The notes: generated by a model from the letters alone, not told the origin. Positions 1 to 10,232 are shown, counted from the stretch's first letter. The stretch: DNA of 64,000 nt from Candidatus Hermodarchaeota archaeon (GCA_048886185.1 JBHLKY010000007.1:99092-163091), one strand, 5' to 3'. Program-made: numbers and translations.

Positions 1-251
1 TAGTCTTCCATTTCTACGAGAACAGCGTCTCGTTCTGTACCTAATAAATCTAGCAAATAATTTTGTATTCCTTTCATGAGAATTTCCATAGTTTGCACCA
101 TACGAGTCAAATTAGTGAGAAATCATTACAAAGATGAGAATGTATACTAATCAATTGTATTTTTCTTTGTTAAAAAACAAAGAAAAAGAATAACCCTCCA
201 AATAAAACAGAGACAGAGTACGTTAATATAGCTATAGAAGGGAGTGGTTGT

Positions 252-998
252 TCAGGTACCATTTCTCCAATCTTCAACAACCTTGTTTGCCTCTTTGGCG
301 TACTCTAATTTTTTAGTATCTAGCTTGAGATTATCTTCTTTTTCAAAAAACTCAAAATACGAACATTGATGACATTTTGCGTAAAGTAACAGCCTAGGTA
401 TAGTTTCAGGCACTCGGACAAGACGACAATGGTTAATTGATCTAACAAAATCTTTAAAAGTTTGTGAATCTACATTAACAAACTCTAGTATATCTATATT
501 ATTAAAATTGATCATCATACTCGTTCCTGATAAATCCAAAAGATCTTCCTCTGTGATTGTAAGCTGCTCTTGATGATTGACTGAGATCTCTTCCTGTCTC
601 TTTATTAACTTTCTTAAACTGTTTGCAGAGAAGTCAGGAAATATTCCATCAAATTTTAAGACAAAATCTTCCATTAGGGAGGTAAGAATTTCTCCAGGAT
701 CATAATTTAACTTTTTTGATAAGTTATAAAAATCGTTGTATAGTAATTCATCGATCTCTTTGATTAAAATGCTTAAGGATTGGTCATTTAAATCATATTT
801 TCGTATCCATCTGTTATGTGCTTCTTTAAGGACATCAATCTCGTTGAGAAGAATTTCGCGTTCAAAAAGAATTTTCTCTATTAATGTTTCCGTTTCCTCC
901 TTCGTAATTGCTTTTTTCTGGACTTGATTACGATACTCCTCAATCTCTTTCGATAACTCTGACCTTAATTGAGTAGGATTAAATACTTTGATACTCAT
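252..998 (-). CDS. hypothetical protein, paralog A of a tandem pair; coiled-coil-like N-terminus and conserved C-terminal signature domain
   Basis: 248-aa ORF. Its C-terminal ~55 aa (NIDILEFVNVDSQTFKDFVRSINHCRLVRVPETIPRLLLYAKCHQC) align with the C-terminus of the adjacent ORF 1033..1608 (HIDQLTFLPDVTQEVFTRHVRSISHCGTVRIPSIFPKLVMYSKLQFC). I recognise no known family. Confidence 0.5.
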   Translation of the reverse strand: MSIKVFNPTQLRSELSKEIEEYRNQVQKKAITKEETETLIEKILFEREILLNEIDVLKEAHNRWIRKYDLNDQSLSILIKEIDELLYNDFYNLSKKLNYDPGEILTSLMEDFVLKFDGIFPDFSANSLRKLIKRQEEISVNHQEQLTITEEDLLDLSGTSMMINFNNIDILEFVNVDSQTFKDFVRSINHCRLVRVPETIPRLLLYAKCHQCSYFEFFEKEDNLKLDTKKLEYAKEANKVVEDWRNGT

Positions 999-1032
999 TA
1001 AATCACAACCATATTTAGGTAAAGAATGTCAA

Positions 1033-1608
1033 TCAATCTTCAATTGAAGTATTCTTGAATGTCTCTACCTCATAAACATCAATACGATCGCAAAATTGCA
1101 GCTTAGAGTACATGACAAGTTTAGGAAAGATTGATGGTATCCTAACGGTTCCACAATGACTAATACTCCTAACATGACGCGTAAAAACTTCTTGAGTTAC
1201 ATCAGGTAGAAAGGTGAGCTGATCAATGTGTAAAAAGTCAATCATGGCATCTGCTTCTTCAAGGTCGGCACGACCAATCTTAAGTCGGTCATAATGAATA
1301 ATACGTATCCTCTTAAGTTCAAAACGATCAAAAGTAGTCCTTGCACGTAATGCTGGAAGATGATCCAACGAGTCATTTAAATCCACAAGAATATCCTTCA
1401 TCATTTTAGTAATTGCATCTCCGAGATTCATTCGTAGATTCTTTATCTTATATGAAAATTGTTCATAGATTTCACTATCAATTCCTCGGATAGTGACATT
1501 TTTTAATTTGGATTTTATTTCTTCCCAGTCTTCCTTGTCAATTTCTGGTTCTTTTTGGACATTTTCGTCTTCGTTTTCATGATCTCTTCCTGATTCATAT
1601 TTATTCAT
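1033..1608 (-). CDS. hypothetical protein, paralog B of a tandem pair; acidic N-terminus, possible ribbon-helix-helix-like segment, conserved C-terminal signature domain
   Basis: 191-aa ORF. The segment NVTIRGIDSEIYEQFSYKIKNLRMNLGDAITKMMKDIL has a beta-strand/helix/helix pattern reminiscent of RHH DNA-binding folds (inference). The C-terminal VRSISHC..VRIP...P.L..Y.K...C signature is shared with ORF 252..998. Confidence 0.5.
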   Translation of the reverse strand: MNKYESGRDHENEDENVQKEPEIDKEDWEEIKSKLKNVTIRGIDSEIYEQFSYKIKNLRMNLGDAITKMMKDILVDLNDSLDHLPALRARTTFDRFELKRIRIIHYDRLKIGRADLEEADAMIDFLHIDQLTFLPDVTQEVFTRHVRSISHCGTVRIPSIFPKLVMYSKLQFCDRIDVYEVETFKNTSIED

Positions 1609-1760
1609 TTAATATTCCTCAAAATCTAGGTATATTGTTTGACGCGCTATATTTGTAACGCATGTATGACAAGTATGACTAAGCTATAAAAACCTATTCT
1701 TAAAGGTAAGATTAGCCGCGCAATATAAATTTTTCATCCAATTATTTACTCTTATGTTGT

Positions 1761-3143
1761 TTGGAGGTACTCAGAATAATAGATTTAAATATCATCAACG
1801 CCAAAGTCTTTCTAGAAGATAGCCTTGTAGATGCAAGTTTGGGTATTGATCAGGGGAAGATTGCAATAATTGGTAAAGAAGATTCTCTTCCTAAAGCCCA
1901 AGAAACGATCAATGCTTCAGGAAAAATAATTATCCCTGGTGGGATTGATGTACACACTCACATTTTAGATTTAAATTTTAATTATAGAGAAACATTTGTT
2001 ACAGGTACTAGATCTGCCGCTGCAGGGGGAATAACAACTGTATTAGAGATGCCCCTAGGTATTGAGGGAAAAACAGCTCTCGAAGTATTTGATATGCAGT
2101 TTGATATCATGAAAAAGAAATGTTTAGTGGATTTCGGGATAATTGGGTCAGCTGGTTATTCAAGCATTGATTATATTCCTGAATTAGCACGAAGAGGTGC
2201 GATTGCGTTTAAAACCTTCATGATTAACCCCTCAGAAGAGGAGGCGGAATTAAAAGATCTGGCTCCACAGGATGACTATTTTTTAATAAAAATCTTTTCT
2301 GAGATTGCTAAGACAGGACTTGTTAGTAGTGTCCATGCGGAAAATGATGCAATTATTAGCAATGAAATCAAGAATTTAATTTCTAAAGGAAAAACAGACT
2401 TCAAAGCGCACACAGCTTCAAGACCTGCGATTGCTGAAGATGAAGCTTGTATGAGGGCCCTTTTACTGGCTCATCATGCTAATGTTAAGCTCAATCTTGT
2501 CCATATGAGTTCAAAAAACGCTTTTAATTTTATTAAGGAAGCGAAACAGAGAGACTGGGATGTAACTTGTGAGATAACACCTCATCACCTTTTTCTCACT
2601 GATGAAGATGGTGAGAAAATAGGTTCATGGGCTAAAGTAGATCCACCATTACGCTCAAAAGAGCACGTTCTTGCCGCATGGGAGGCACTGAACGATGGAA
2701 CAATCGATATGATAGCTTCTGATCATTCTCCGTATTCTAGCGATGAGAAGAATGTAATAGACGATAATTTCTTCGAAGTTGGATCAGGAACAACTGGTTT
2801 GGAAACACTTCTCCCTCTAATGCTTGATGCAGTTAATAAAAGGAAGATTTCGTTACAGAGACTTGTCGAATCAACATCTACTGCTCCTGCAAGACGATTT
2901 GGGTTATTTCCCCGTAAAGGGACAATTGCATTAGGAGCTGATGCTGATCTTCTAATAATAGATATGCAGCGGGAATACACTCTAAAAAATGAAGAATTAT
3001 TCACTAAACCCAAAGTGACAGTATTTAATGGAATGAAGTTAAAAGGATCAATCGAGAAAACGTTTGTGAGGGGGAAATTAGTGTACGATACTGGAACCTT
3101 TCATGTAGAACAAGGACATGGAGAGCTCGTATCTCCTCTTTGA
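1761..3143 (+). CDS. metal-dependent cyclic amidohydrolase (dihydroorotase/allantoinase/dihydropyrimidinase family)
   Basis: 460 aa. N-terminal GGIDVHTHI metal-binding HxH motif, AFKTFM, and a D(H)SPY-type C-terminal motif typical of the cyclic amidohydrolase superfamily. TTG start. Confidence 0.75.
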   Translation: MEVLRIIDLNIINAKVFLEDSLVDASLGIDQGKIAIIGKEDSLPKAQETINASGKIIIPGGIDVHTHILDLNFNYRETFVTGTRSAAAGGITTVLEMPLGIEGKTALEVFDMQFDIMKKKCLVDFGIIGSAGYSSIDYIPELARRGAIAFKTFMINPSEEEAELKDLAPQDDYFLIKIFSEIAKTGLVSSVHAENDAIISNEIKNLISKGKTDFKAHTASRPAIAEDEACMRALLLAHHANVKLNLVHMSSKNAFNFIKEAKQRDWDVTCEITPHHLFLTDEDGEKIGSWAKVDPPLRSKEHVLAAWEALNDGTIDMIASDHSPYSSDEKNVIDDNFFEVGSGTTGLETLLPLMLDAVNKRKISLQRLVESTSTAPARRFGLFPRKGTIALGADADLLIIDMQREYTLKNEELFTKPKVTVFNGMKLKGSIEKTFVRGKLVYDTGTFHVEQGHGELVSPL

Positions 3144-3347
3144 CTTCTTTTTCTTCAAAATGCTTAAAACAATTTCACTAATTCGTATCTAAGCCGTAAC
3201 TAATATATAAAATATTGATTATTGAATTGAACCTCTAAAAAAATACAGAGAGGAGAGTCTAGAATTCAATTATTATCATTAAATCGAAATGGATTGATCC
3301 TATTAATTGTAATAAATACACTTTCAAGTTATAAACTGATTAAATTG

Positions 3348-3353
3348 AAGGAG
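3348..3353 (+). promoter_or_regulatory. Shine-Dalgarno site (AAGGAG) 9 nt upstream of the ATG at 3363
   Basis: The sequence aaggag followed by tttaaattt and ATG. It supports the internal ATG as the true start of the beta-helix protein. Confidence 0.6.
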
Positions 3354-3362
3354 TTTAAATTT

Positions 3363-4868
3363 ATGAAACATAGAAAAATTTTGATTTTGTTGGTTTTTAG
3401 TTTGTCTTTACTGAGTTTTGGTTACAGACAAAATATGGCTTCTATTGATTTTGAATCCAGGGAAAAAATTTCTTTAAACAAGAGCTTACAATATGTTTCA
3501 CAAAGTCCTATCTATATTTCACATAATGACAACTTCTCTACATACGCAATAAGTGGAGACGGGGGAAAGAATAATCCCTGGATGATAACAGGCTATAATA
3601 TTACAAGTAATACGAACATATTAATACATATACAAGATACGACCGATTATTTTGATATTTCAGGCAATCTTTTAGACGGAATAGATAGAACTTACGATGG
3701 TATTGCCCTCTCAAACGTTGTTAATGGATCTATCTCAAATAATACCATCAGAAATAGCTATTATGGCATTTTTCTTAACAACTCTGTCTATAACATTATT
3801 TCAAACAATTCAGTGTATTATAACCACGAAGACGGTTTATATCTACATGACTCCAGTAATAATGCCATTATTCATAATCTTATACATAATAATGGTCAGA
3901 ATCCAGGTGGTAGTGGTATCTTCCTTGATCCCTCAAATCATAATCTAATTATTAATAATACCATATTTAACAATAGCAAACATGGTATATTGCTTAATCG
4001 TTCTGATTATAATATAATATCTAGTAATAATGTATCTCATAACCATGAACATGGCATGTTTCTATATTATTCCAATTATAGTATTCTATCTTGGAATCAA
4101 GTCCATAGTAATGGTGAAAATCCTGGTGGTAGTGGTATTTTTCTTGATCCTTCAAATCACAATACTATTTTTAATAATGTCATATTTAACAACAATAAAA
4201 CTGGCATTACTCTTAATGCCTCCGAATACAATATAGTTTCAAGTAATAATGTGTCTTATAACCATGAGGATGGATTATTCCTAAAAGATTCCAGTTTCAA
4301 TGCCATATCAAACAATTTAATTCACAATAATGGTGTCAATCCTGGTGGTAGTGGTATTTTTCTTGATCCATCCCATTATAACACAATTGATCACAATTCC
4401 ATCTTTTCTAACGGTCTGGCTGGGGTAAACATTAGTACCAGCTCTGGAAGTAATCAGATAGTATTAAATAATTTTATTAACAATGGTCCTGGAGGCGGTG
4501 AATCTCAAGCCTATGATGATGGGCTAGACAATTCATTCCAGTTTAATTATTGGAATGATCATACTAATACTGACAACAATCAGGATGGCATAGCAGATAC
4601 AGCATATAACATAAATGGTACTGCAAACAACAAGGATGAATATCCAAAAGTCAATCAATTTGTACATCCTACTCCATCACCGTATTTCATAACCTATACA
4701 ACTACTGTGACAGTACCATTCGGTGAAACTGAAACATCAACAACAAAATCGACAGAAAGTGTATCAACAAGTTCTGAAGAACCTATCGAAGGATGGCCTT
4801 TAGCTCTAGTATTATTTTCAATAATAACACTACTTTTCCTTCGTAAATTTAAACAGAGAACTCATTGA
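3363..4868 (+). CDS. secreted/cell-surface protein with right-handed parallel beta-helix (PbH1/NosD-like) repeats, N-terminal signal peptide and C-terminal Thr/Ser-rich linker plus TM anchor
   Basis: The N-terminus MKHRKILILLVFSLSLLSFG is signal-like. There are many N-x-I-x-x-N/NNxG repeat turns and three near-identical NPGGSGIFLDPSNHN blocks. The C-terminus is a T/S-rich stretch, then GWPLALVLFSIITLLFL (TM), then RKFKQR (basic tail). Confidence 0.7.
   Translation: MKHRKILILLVFSLSLLSFGYRQNMASIDFESREKISLNKSLQYVSQSPIYISHNDNFSTYAISGDGGKNNPWMITGYNITSNTNILIHIQDTTDYFDISGNLLDGIDRTYDGIALSNVVNGSISNNTIRNSYYGIFLNNSVYNIISNNSVYYNHEDGLYLHDSSNNAIIHNLIHNNGQNPGGSGIFLDPSNHNLIINNTIFNNSKHGILLNRSDYNIISSNNVSHNHEHGMFLYYSNYSILSWNQVHSNGENPGGSGIFLDPSNHNTIFNNVIFNNNKTGITLNASEYNIVSSNNVSYNHEDGLFLKDSSFNAISNNLIHNNGVNPGGSGIFLDPSHYNTIDHNSIFSNGLAGVNISTSSGSNQIVLNNFINNGPGGGESQAYDDGLDNSFQFNYWNDHTNTDNNQDGIADTAYNINGTANNKDEYPKVNQFVHPTPSPYFITYTTTVTVPFGETETSTTKSTESVSTSSEEPIEGWPLALVLFSIITLLFLRKFKQRTH
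3741..4440 (+). repeat. in-frame tandem coding repeats, period 219 nt (73 aa), about 3.2 copies
   Basis: The anchor codons of NPGGSG occur at 3903, 4122 and 4341, an exact 219-nt spacing, with about 75-85% nt identity between units. Each unit spans about three PbH1 coils. Confidence 0.8.
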
Positions 4869-4955
4869 TAAGATCTAGGTTAATTTCATATCTTTAGCTA
4901 AAAAAGGGTAAATGAGTTTTGTTACAGGTGATTCTCGAATTAGAGGTATTTAATT

Positions 4956-6827
4956 TTGCTTAATCGTTTTTTATCCCAATTAATCAGAGATAATAAAGAA
5001 CGAGAAACGACTAAAGTAAAAACTCTCAAGCAGATTGAACTGTTTATATTAAAAGATACACTCAAAGAGGCTCTACAAGAAGTTGACACTCTATTCTCCA
5101 ACGTTGAGTTAAATGAAGCAGATAAGTTGCAGATTCACATTCTCAAAAGTTTGATTCTCACTCAAATAGGAAACTTTGATACAAGTCTAGAGCTTGGTGA
5201 ACAAATATATTTAGAATGTCAACGATTGGAAAACCCCATATTAATTATTGATGCAATCATTTCACTTGCAAACACTAATTTTAGGCTTGATAAACTTGAT
5301 AAGTGTCTGGATCTAATTGACAACGGTGAAAAACTACTTAGTACTATTACCAAGGGAAATGAAGAAGAAATTATAGATAGAACTGTTGCATTAACATATC
5401 TAAAAGGGAAGGTTTTCTGGAAAAAAGGTGAACTTGATCAAGCTCTCAAGTTTATACAGGAAAGCTTTTCTTTTAAAGAAGAAAAGAGTACTTTATATGA
5501 AACTGCTGACTATCAAAACATCTTGGGGATACTTTTTGTGGGAAAGGGAGAGTTCAATAAGGCATTATATTATTTTCAAACCAGTCTTAAGATGTTCGAA
5601 GAACTCGGTATGAAATCCTCAATCGTTAAGTCCTATAATAATATAGGATTAATACTTTGGAAAAACGGTAACTTAAGGGAAGCTTTAGGTCATTATAAAA
5701 TGAGTCTATCCTTAAGTGAAGAACTCAAAAACAATCAGTTTATCGCAGTTACATCATTGAATATAGGTCTGATTTACTGGAATATGGGAGAATTAGATAA
5801 AGCTTTAAATTATTACCAGAAAAGTTTGGAAATAAGTGAAGAAATTAAAGATAAAGATTCCATGGCATCTTGTTTTAATAATATAGGAATTATATACCAA
5901 TTCAAGGGTGAATTGGATCAATCATTAGAATACTACCAGAAAAGCTTAGCTTTAAATGAAGAACTAGGCATAAAACCAGATATAGCCCTTTGTCTTAATA
6001 ATATTGGTGAAATATATCACATGAAAGGATCCTTTGAAGTTGCGAAAGAATACTTCACTAAGAGCTTGATTTTATTTGAGGAAGTTGGTGATAATTATAA
6101 TACAAGTTTAGCTCTTTATAATCTGGTTTTGGTTTCCATTGATAGTGGATTAACAAAGGATTCACAACTATATCTTCAGAAATTACAAGAGATTTACATT
6201 AAAGAGGATAAAAGGCATATTAGTCAAAAATTTCGTTTAGCCAAAGCAATCTTACTAAAAGAAAGTGAAAGGGTAATCAATATTGCTGAAGCTCAAAAAT
6301 TATTGTATGAAGTCGCTCAAGAAGAAATGATTAGTCTTGAAAATAACGTCACTGCAAATTTAAATCTCTGTGAGCTCCTTTTACAAGAATTACGAGCTAC
6401 TGGTAATGAGGAAATACTAATGGAATTGAAAGAGGTAGTATTTCGATTGGTAAGTGTTGCAGAAGGACAAAATTCGTACATCTGGCTTGCAAAGACCTAT
6501 TGGTTACAATCAAAAATAGCCTTACTAGAGTTTGATTTAGAACGATCACAAGAATTATTGACCCAAGCAGAATTAATCGCTAATGAGAAAGGACTAACAA
6601 AACTTCTAAACAAGATTTCAAGCGAACGTGATATTCTATTAAATCAATTTAACAAATGGGAACATGTTCTTGACCAAAAACCTTCTGTCAGCGAAATCAT
6701 TGAATTGACCCAAATTGAAGCAATGGTAGAGCGAATGATCCAGAAAAAATTAGACACTTCAGATGAAGAAGTAATGCAGTATGCGATTGAATCTCGACGT
6801 TTGGTTGACATGTGGGATAAGCATTAA
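4956..6827 (+). CDS. tetratricopeptide (TPR) repeat protein
   Basis: 623 aa. It contains at least six canonical 34-aa TPR units, for example YNNIGLILWKNGNLREALGHYKMSLSLSEEL and FNNIGIIYQFKGELDQSLEYYQKSLALNEEL. TTG start. Confidence 0.8.
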   Translation: MLNRFLSQLIRDNKERETTKVKTLKQIELFILKDTLKEALQEVDTLFSNVELNEADKLQIHILKSLILTQIGNFDTSLELGEQIYLECQRLENPILIIDAIISLANTNFRLDKLDKCLDLIDNGEKLLSTITKGNEEEIIDRTVALTYLKGKVFWKKGELDQALKFIQESFSFKEEKSTLYETADYQNILGILFVGKGEFNKALYYFQTSLKMFEELGMKSSIVKSYNNIGLILWKNGNLREALGHYKMSLSLSEELKNNQFIAVTSLNIGLIYWNMGELDKALNYYQKSLEISEEIKDKDSMASCFNNIGIIYQFKGELDQSLEYYQKSLALNEELGIKPDIALCLNNIGEIYHMKGSFEVAKEYFTKSLILFEEVGDNYNTSLALYNLVLVSIDSGLTKDSQLYLQKLQEIYIKEDKRHISQKFRLAKAILLKESERVINIAEAQKLLYEVAQEEMISLENNVTANLNLCELLLQELRATGNEEILMELKEVVFRLVSVAEGQNSYIWLAKTYWLQSKIALLEFDLERSQELLTQAELIANEKGLTKLLNKISSERDILLNQFNKWEHVLDQKPSVSEIIELTQIEAMVERMIQKKLDTSDEEVMQYAIESRRLVDMWDKH

Positions 6828-6832
6828 ATTAT

Positions 6833-7726
6833 TTACTTGAAGAGTTCGATGGATCCAAGTTTCAATACAGCTTCCCCAGCTTCATTTTTAGTCTCAAAAC
6901 CAAATACTTTACATGTTTCATTTTCCTCAAGTAACCATGCTTCTGTAGTAAGCGTATCATTCATAAAAACTGGCTTTGAAAACCTTGATTTTATTCTCTT
7001 GACCTTCCTCGGATCACCCTCAGCAAGATTATCCATGATGGCTTGAGTAGCAAACGCCAAGGTACATAAACCATGAAGAATTTTATCAGGAAGTCCAACC
7101 GACATAGCAACATCTCTATCTACATGAATAGGATTATCATCGCCAGATGCAGCAGCATAACGTACAGATTGATCCGATGTGACTTTCATCTGCTTACAGA
7201 CTATTACTTGTCTTTCCTTGTCTTTTTTTGTCTCTTTTCTTTTTTTAGATTCTTTTCTTGGTTTTCTGAAGAACAATCCAGCTCGCATCTCAAAGACAAG
7301 TTCCTCCTCGACCTTTCCTGAACTTTTAGCCCATAAAATATCTCCTGACTCTTTTATATCGATCGATTCTAATTTAATAGAAGTATTTACTTGGTCATGT
7401 ATTTTGAGTGGGCGATAATAAAGAATCTCGTGTTCACCATGGACCATTCGGAAAATGTCAAGATTAAGAGAATCATCCAATACAATCCTTTTCATTGGCT
7501 CAATGAGCATTGTAACTGGAAAGATGGGTGGAATTAATAATTTTTCAATATCCGATTCAAAATATCGCGAATTGGTCTCATTGGTTGCTTTGGCATAAGC
7601 TATTACTTTATCAGGGTCTACTATTTCTATCGATCCCTCATAAACTCTACCAACAATATTAGGGTCAAGGCCACTATAAGTAGACTCAAATGAGTCGGAA
7701 TTCTCTGGTACCATAATAACTTTCAC
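6833..7726 (-). CDS. MaoC-like dehydratase with two hotdog-fold domains joined by a Lys-rich linker
   Basis: 297 aa. The C-terminal hotdog domain has the GDDNPIHVDRDVAMSVGLPDKILHG motif of MaoC/(R)-hydratase. The linker is RKPRKESKKRKETKKDKERQ. Confidence 0.7.
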   Translation of the reverse strand: MKVIMVPENSDSFESTYSGLDPNIVGRVYEGSIEIVDPDKVIAYAKATNETNSRYFESDIEKLLIPPIFPVTMLIEPMKRIVLDDSLNLDIFRMVHGEHEILYYRPLKIHDQVNTSIKLESIDIKESGDILWAKSSGKVEEELVFEMRAGLFFRKPRKESKKRKETKKDKERQVIVCKQMKVTSDQSVRYAAASGDDNPIHVDRDVAMSVGLPDKILHGLCTLAFATQAIMDNLAEGDPRKVKRIKSRFSKPVFMNDTLTTEAWLLEENETCKVFGFETKNEAGEAVLKLGSIELFK

Positions 7727-7806
7727 CTATTTAACAAAGAATTCATAAAAAAATTTAATGGTTGCTAGAAAAAAATTTCATCTAGGGATAGTTTCTTATA
7801 GTTTGG

Positions 7807-9255
7807 GTGGTAAAATTGTCAACACAATTATTAGAATGGATTGATAGAAATCGAGATCAGTTCATTACAATTAGTAACCGAATCTGGAATTTAGCTGAAC
7901 TTGGATTATTTGAAACAGAATCCTCAGAATTATTAGCATGTAATCTCGAAGAAGCTGGTTTTACTGTCAAACGGGGGATTGCAGATATGCCAACAGCCTT
8001 TGTGGCTAGCTATGGGACTGAAGATCCTATCATAGCCATACTAGGAGAATTTGATGCATTACCAGGGCTTAGTCAAGTGGTGGAACCAGTCAAGAAGCCC
8101 CTTGAAGAAGGTAAACCTGGACATGGTTGTGGTCACAACCTATATGGTGCAGCTTGTCTGGCAGCATGTTTGGCTGTCAAAGAGGCAATTGAATCAGGAG
8201 AAGTAGTAGGAACCATTCGATTCTATGGGTGTCCCGCCGAGGAAAATGCGGATGGAAAAGGGTGGATGATAAATGCTGGTGCATTCGATGATGTTCATAT
8301 TTCACTGACATGGCACCCTTGGGACATTAATTTTGTAATGGCAAATAACTTCCAAGCGATGTACAATGTTACTTTCCAGTTTAAAGGGCAAACAGCTCAT
8401 GCTGCGGGGGATCCGTTCAATGGAAGATCTGCTCTTGATGCTGTAGAGTTAATGAACGTTGGATGTAACTATCTTCGGGAGCACATGATTCCTGATGCTC
8501 GCGTTCACTATGTTATAACAAAAGGAGGTCAGGCACCTAATATTGTACCTGATGAAGCTGAGGTATGGTATTTTGTTAGAGGGCCGAGGATTGCAGATGT
8601 TAAAGCTCTATATTCAAGGGTGCTTAATGTTGCGGAGGGGGCGGCTTTAATGACAGAAACCAAAGTTACTGTAACTCTCCTTGGTGGTTCAGCAAATCTC
8701 TTACTTAACGAAACATTAGAAAATTTGTTACATGAGAAAATGATTGAAATTGGGCCACCTAAATATTCTGAAGACGAGTTCGTATTTGCCAAACGAATTC
8801 GTGAGTCTTTTCCTGAAAATTATTTTGATAACACACTGGCCGTCCTCCCTCAAGATGCCAAACCTTTCTTAGAGCGATTTAGAAATATGGTGTTTTGTGA
8901 TACCGTTATTCCGATTTTTGGTAGAGGTATTACCCTTGGTGGATCAACTGATGTTGGTGATGTCTCTTGGATTACTCCATTGGCGCAATTTGCCACTGTA
9001 TGCGGGGCAATTGGAACTCCTGGTCACTCATGGCAAGCAGTTGCACAAAATGGTATGAGTATTGGACACAAAGGGATGATATATGCTGCAAAAATTCTTG
9101 GACTTGCATCGTTAGAGCTAATGCGAAAGCCAGAGTTGGTTGATAAAGCGAGAAAAGAGTTTGAAGAGAAGATCAAGAAAACTCCATTTGAGAGTCCCTT
9201 ACCTGAGGGTGCTAAACCTCCTATTGAATATTACAGAAGATTGTATAAGCAATGA
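7807..9255 (+). CDS. M20 family metallo-amidohydrolase (AbgB/aminobenzoyl-glutamate utilization-like)
   Basis: 482 aa. It has the HGCGHNLYG metal-binding motif and the acidic ..PAEE.. and dimerisation regions typical of M20D. GTG start. Confidence 0.75.
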   Translation: MVKLSTQLLEWIDRNRDQFITISNRIWNLAELGLFETESSELLACNLEEAGFTVKRGIADMPTAFVASYGTEDPIIAILGEFDALPGLSQVVEPVKKPLEEGKPGHGCGHNLYGAACLAACLAVKEAIESGEVVGTIRFYGCPAEENADGKGWMINAGAFDDVHISLTWHPWDINFVMANNFQAMYNVTFQFKGQTAHAAGDPFNGRSALDAVELMNVGCNYLREHMIPDARVHYVITKGGQAPNIVPDEAEVWYFVRGPRIADVKALYSRVLNVAEGAALMTETKVTVTLLGGSANLLLNETLENLLHEKMIEIGPPKYSEDEFVFAKRIRESFPENYFDNTLAVLPQDAKPFLERFRNMVFCDTVIPIFGRGITLGGSTDVGDVSWITPLAQFATVCGAIGTPGHSWQAVAQNGMSIGHKGMIYAAKILGLASLELMRKPELVDKARKEFEEKIKKTPFESPLPEGAKPPIEYYRRLYKQ

Positions 9256-9334
9256 TACATTGAGTTTTTTTTGAGCAGAAACTTCAAGAAGTAACTTTTT
9301 AATAGAGCTCCACCCCTTATTGTAGGAATGAGTC

Positions 9335-9943
9335 ATGGTTTCTAGTGATTATCTTAAACCAACCTTTTTTATTGACAGTAATTCCGACATTGTGACGGAA
9401 TTAGCACGAATGCTTTCCAAAGGAATAAGTAAGAAAGATGTGATAGCTATTAATACTTTTAACTTTGTAAGAGATGAAATCAAGTATACAATTGATATTA
9501 CCCAGTATCACACTCCTGAAGATATGAAAGCGAGTACGACTATTGAGCGAAAGATTGGTTTTTGTATCCCAAAATCAATTGCATTGGTCGCGCTTCTGCG
9601 TGCGAATGAAATTCCTGCCAGATTGCATTTTGCGGACATAATTAATCGTAGAATTCCATCACACTTACTAGAGCTCTTACAAACCAATGTTATGATATTC
9701 CATGGATATGCGGAAGTATTCCTTGGGAAATGGATAAAATTAACACCTTCTTTTCAGACTCCACTTTGTGAACGTCATAATTTCCCGGTTTGCTTCTTTG
9801 ATGGGAGGAATGATGCTACTTTCAAACCATTTGATAATGATGGAAATCCATTTGTAGAGTACATAAATGATAGAGGGGTTTATGCTGATCTTCCATACGA
9901 TGAAATCTTCACTGCTTTCCGTGAGTATTACGGATATCTCTGA
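9335..9943 (+). CDS. transglutaminase-like cysteine protease domain protein
   Basis: 202 aa. GFCIPKSIALVALLRANEIPAR (Cys) followed by FHGYAEVF (His) follows the Cys-His-Asp order of the transglutaminase-like core. Confidence 0.55.
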   Translation: MVSSDYLKPTFFIDSNSDIVTELARMLSKGISKKDVIAINTFNFVRDEIKYTIDITQYHTPEDMKASTTIERKIGFCIPKSIALVALLRANEIPARLHFADIINRRIPSHLLELLQTNVMIFHGYAEVFLGKWIKLTPSFQTPLCERHNFPVCFFDGRNDATFKPFDNDGNPFVEYINDRGVYADLPYDEIFTAFREYYGYL

Positions 9944-10232
9944 TATAAGAATAACATTTCTAATTCTTTTTGTTTTCTAAGCATTTTATGTCTGGAATGG
10001 AAAAGTTTAACCTCTGTACTTGAAATAATAGACTATCTTGAGAGAAAAAGGAAATTAATTTTGGTAAGATTTAAAAGCAATAAAAATCTCCAGAATCTCT
10101 TTTGAATACAAAGATTAATGGTAATCTTTGAGAGATGAAATCTATGAGAAGGGATTGAGGGAAGATTGATAAATATCAGAGAGGAAATATAATTATAGCA
10201 ATAATTATCACTAGAGATAAGAGGTTTTCTGA

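Noticed and set aside
3697-4236. Two 68-83 aa ORFs in alternative frames inside the beta-helix protein gene
   Set aside because: They overlap a strongly supported repeat-containing CDS in another frame. They are hydrophobic nonsense translations of the repeat.
3741-4440. Regularly spaced repeats that could be mistaken for a CRISPR array
   Set aside because: The period is 219 nt, it is in frame, and it encodes protein repeats. There are no short repeat/spacer units and no cas genes nearby.
8529-8792. 87-aa antisense ORF within the M20 amidohydrolase gene
   Set aside because: It lies opposite a CDS with clear catalytic motifs. It has no features of its own.
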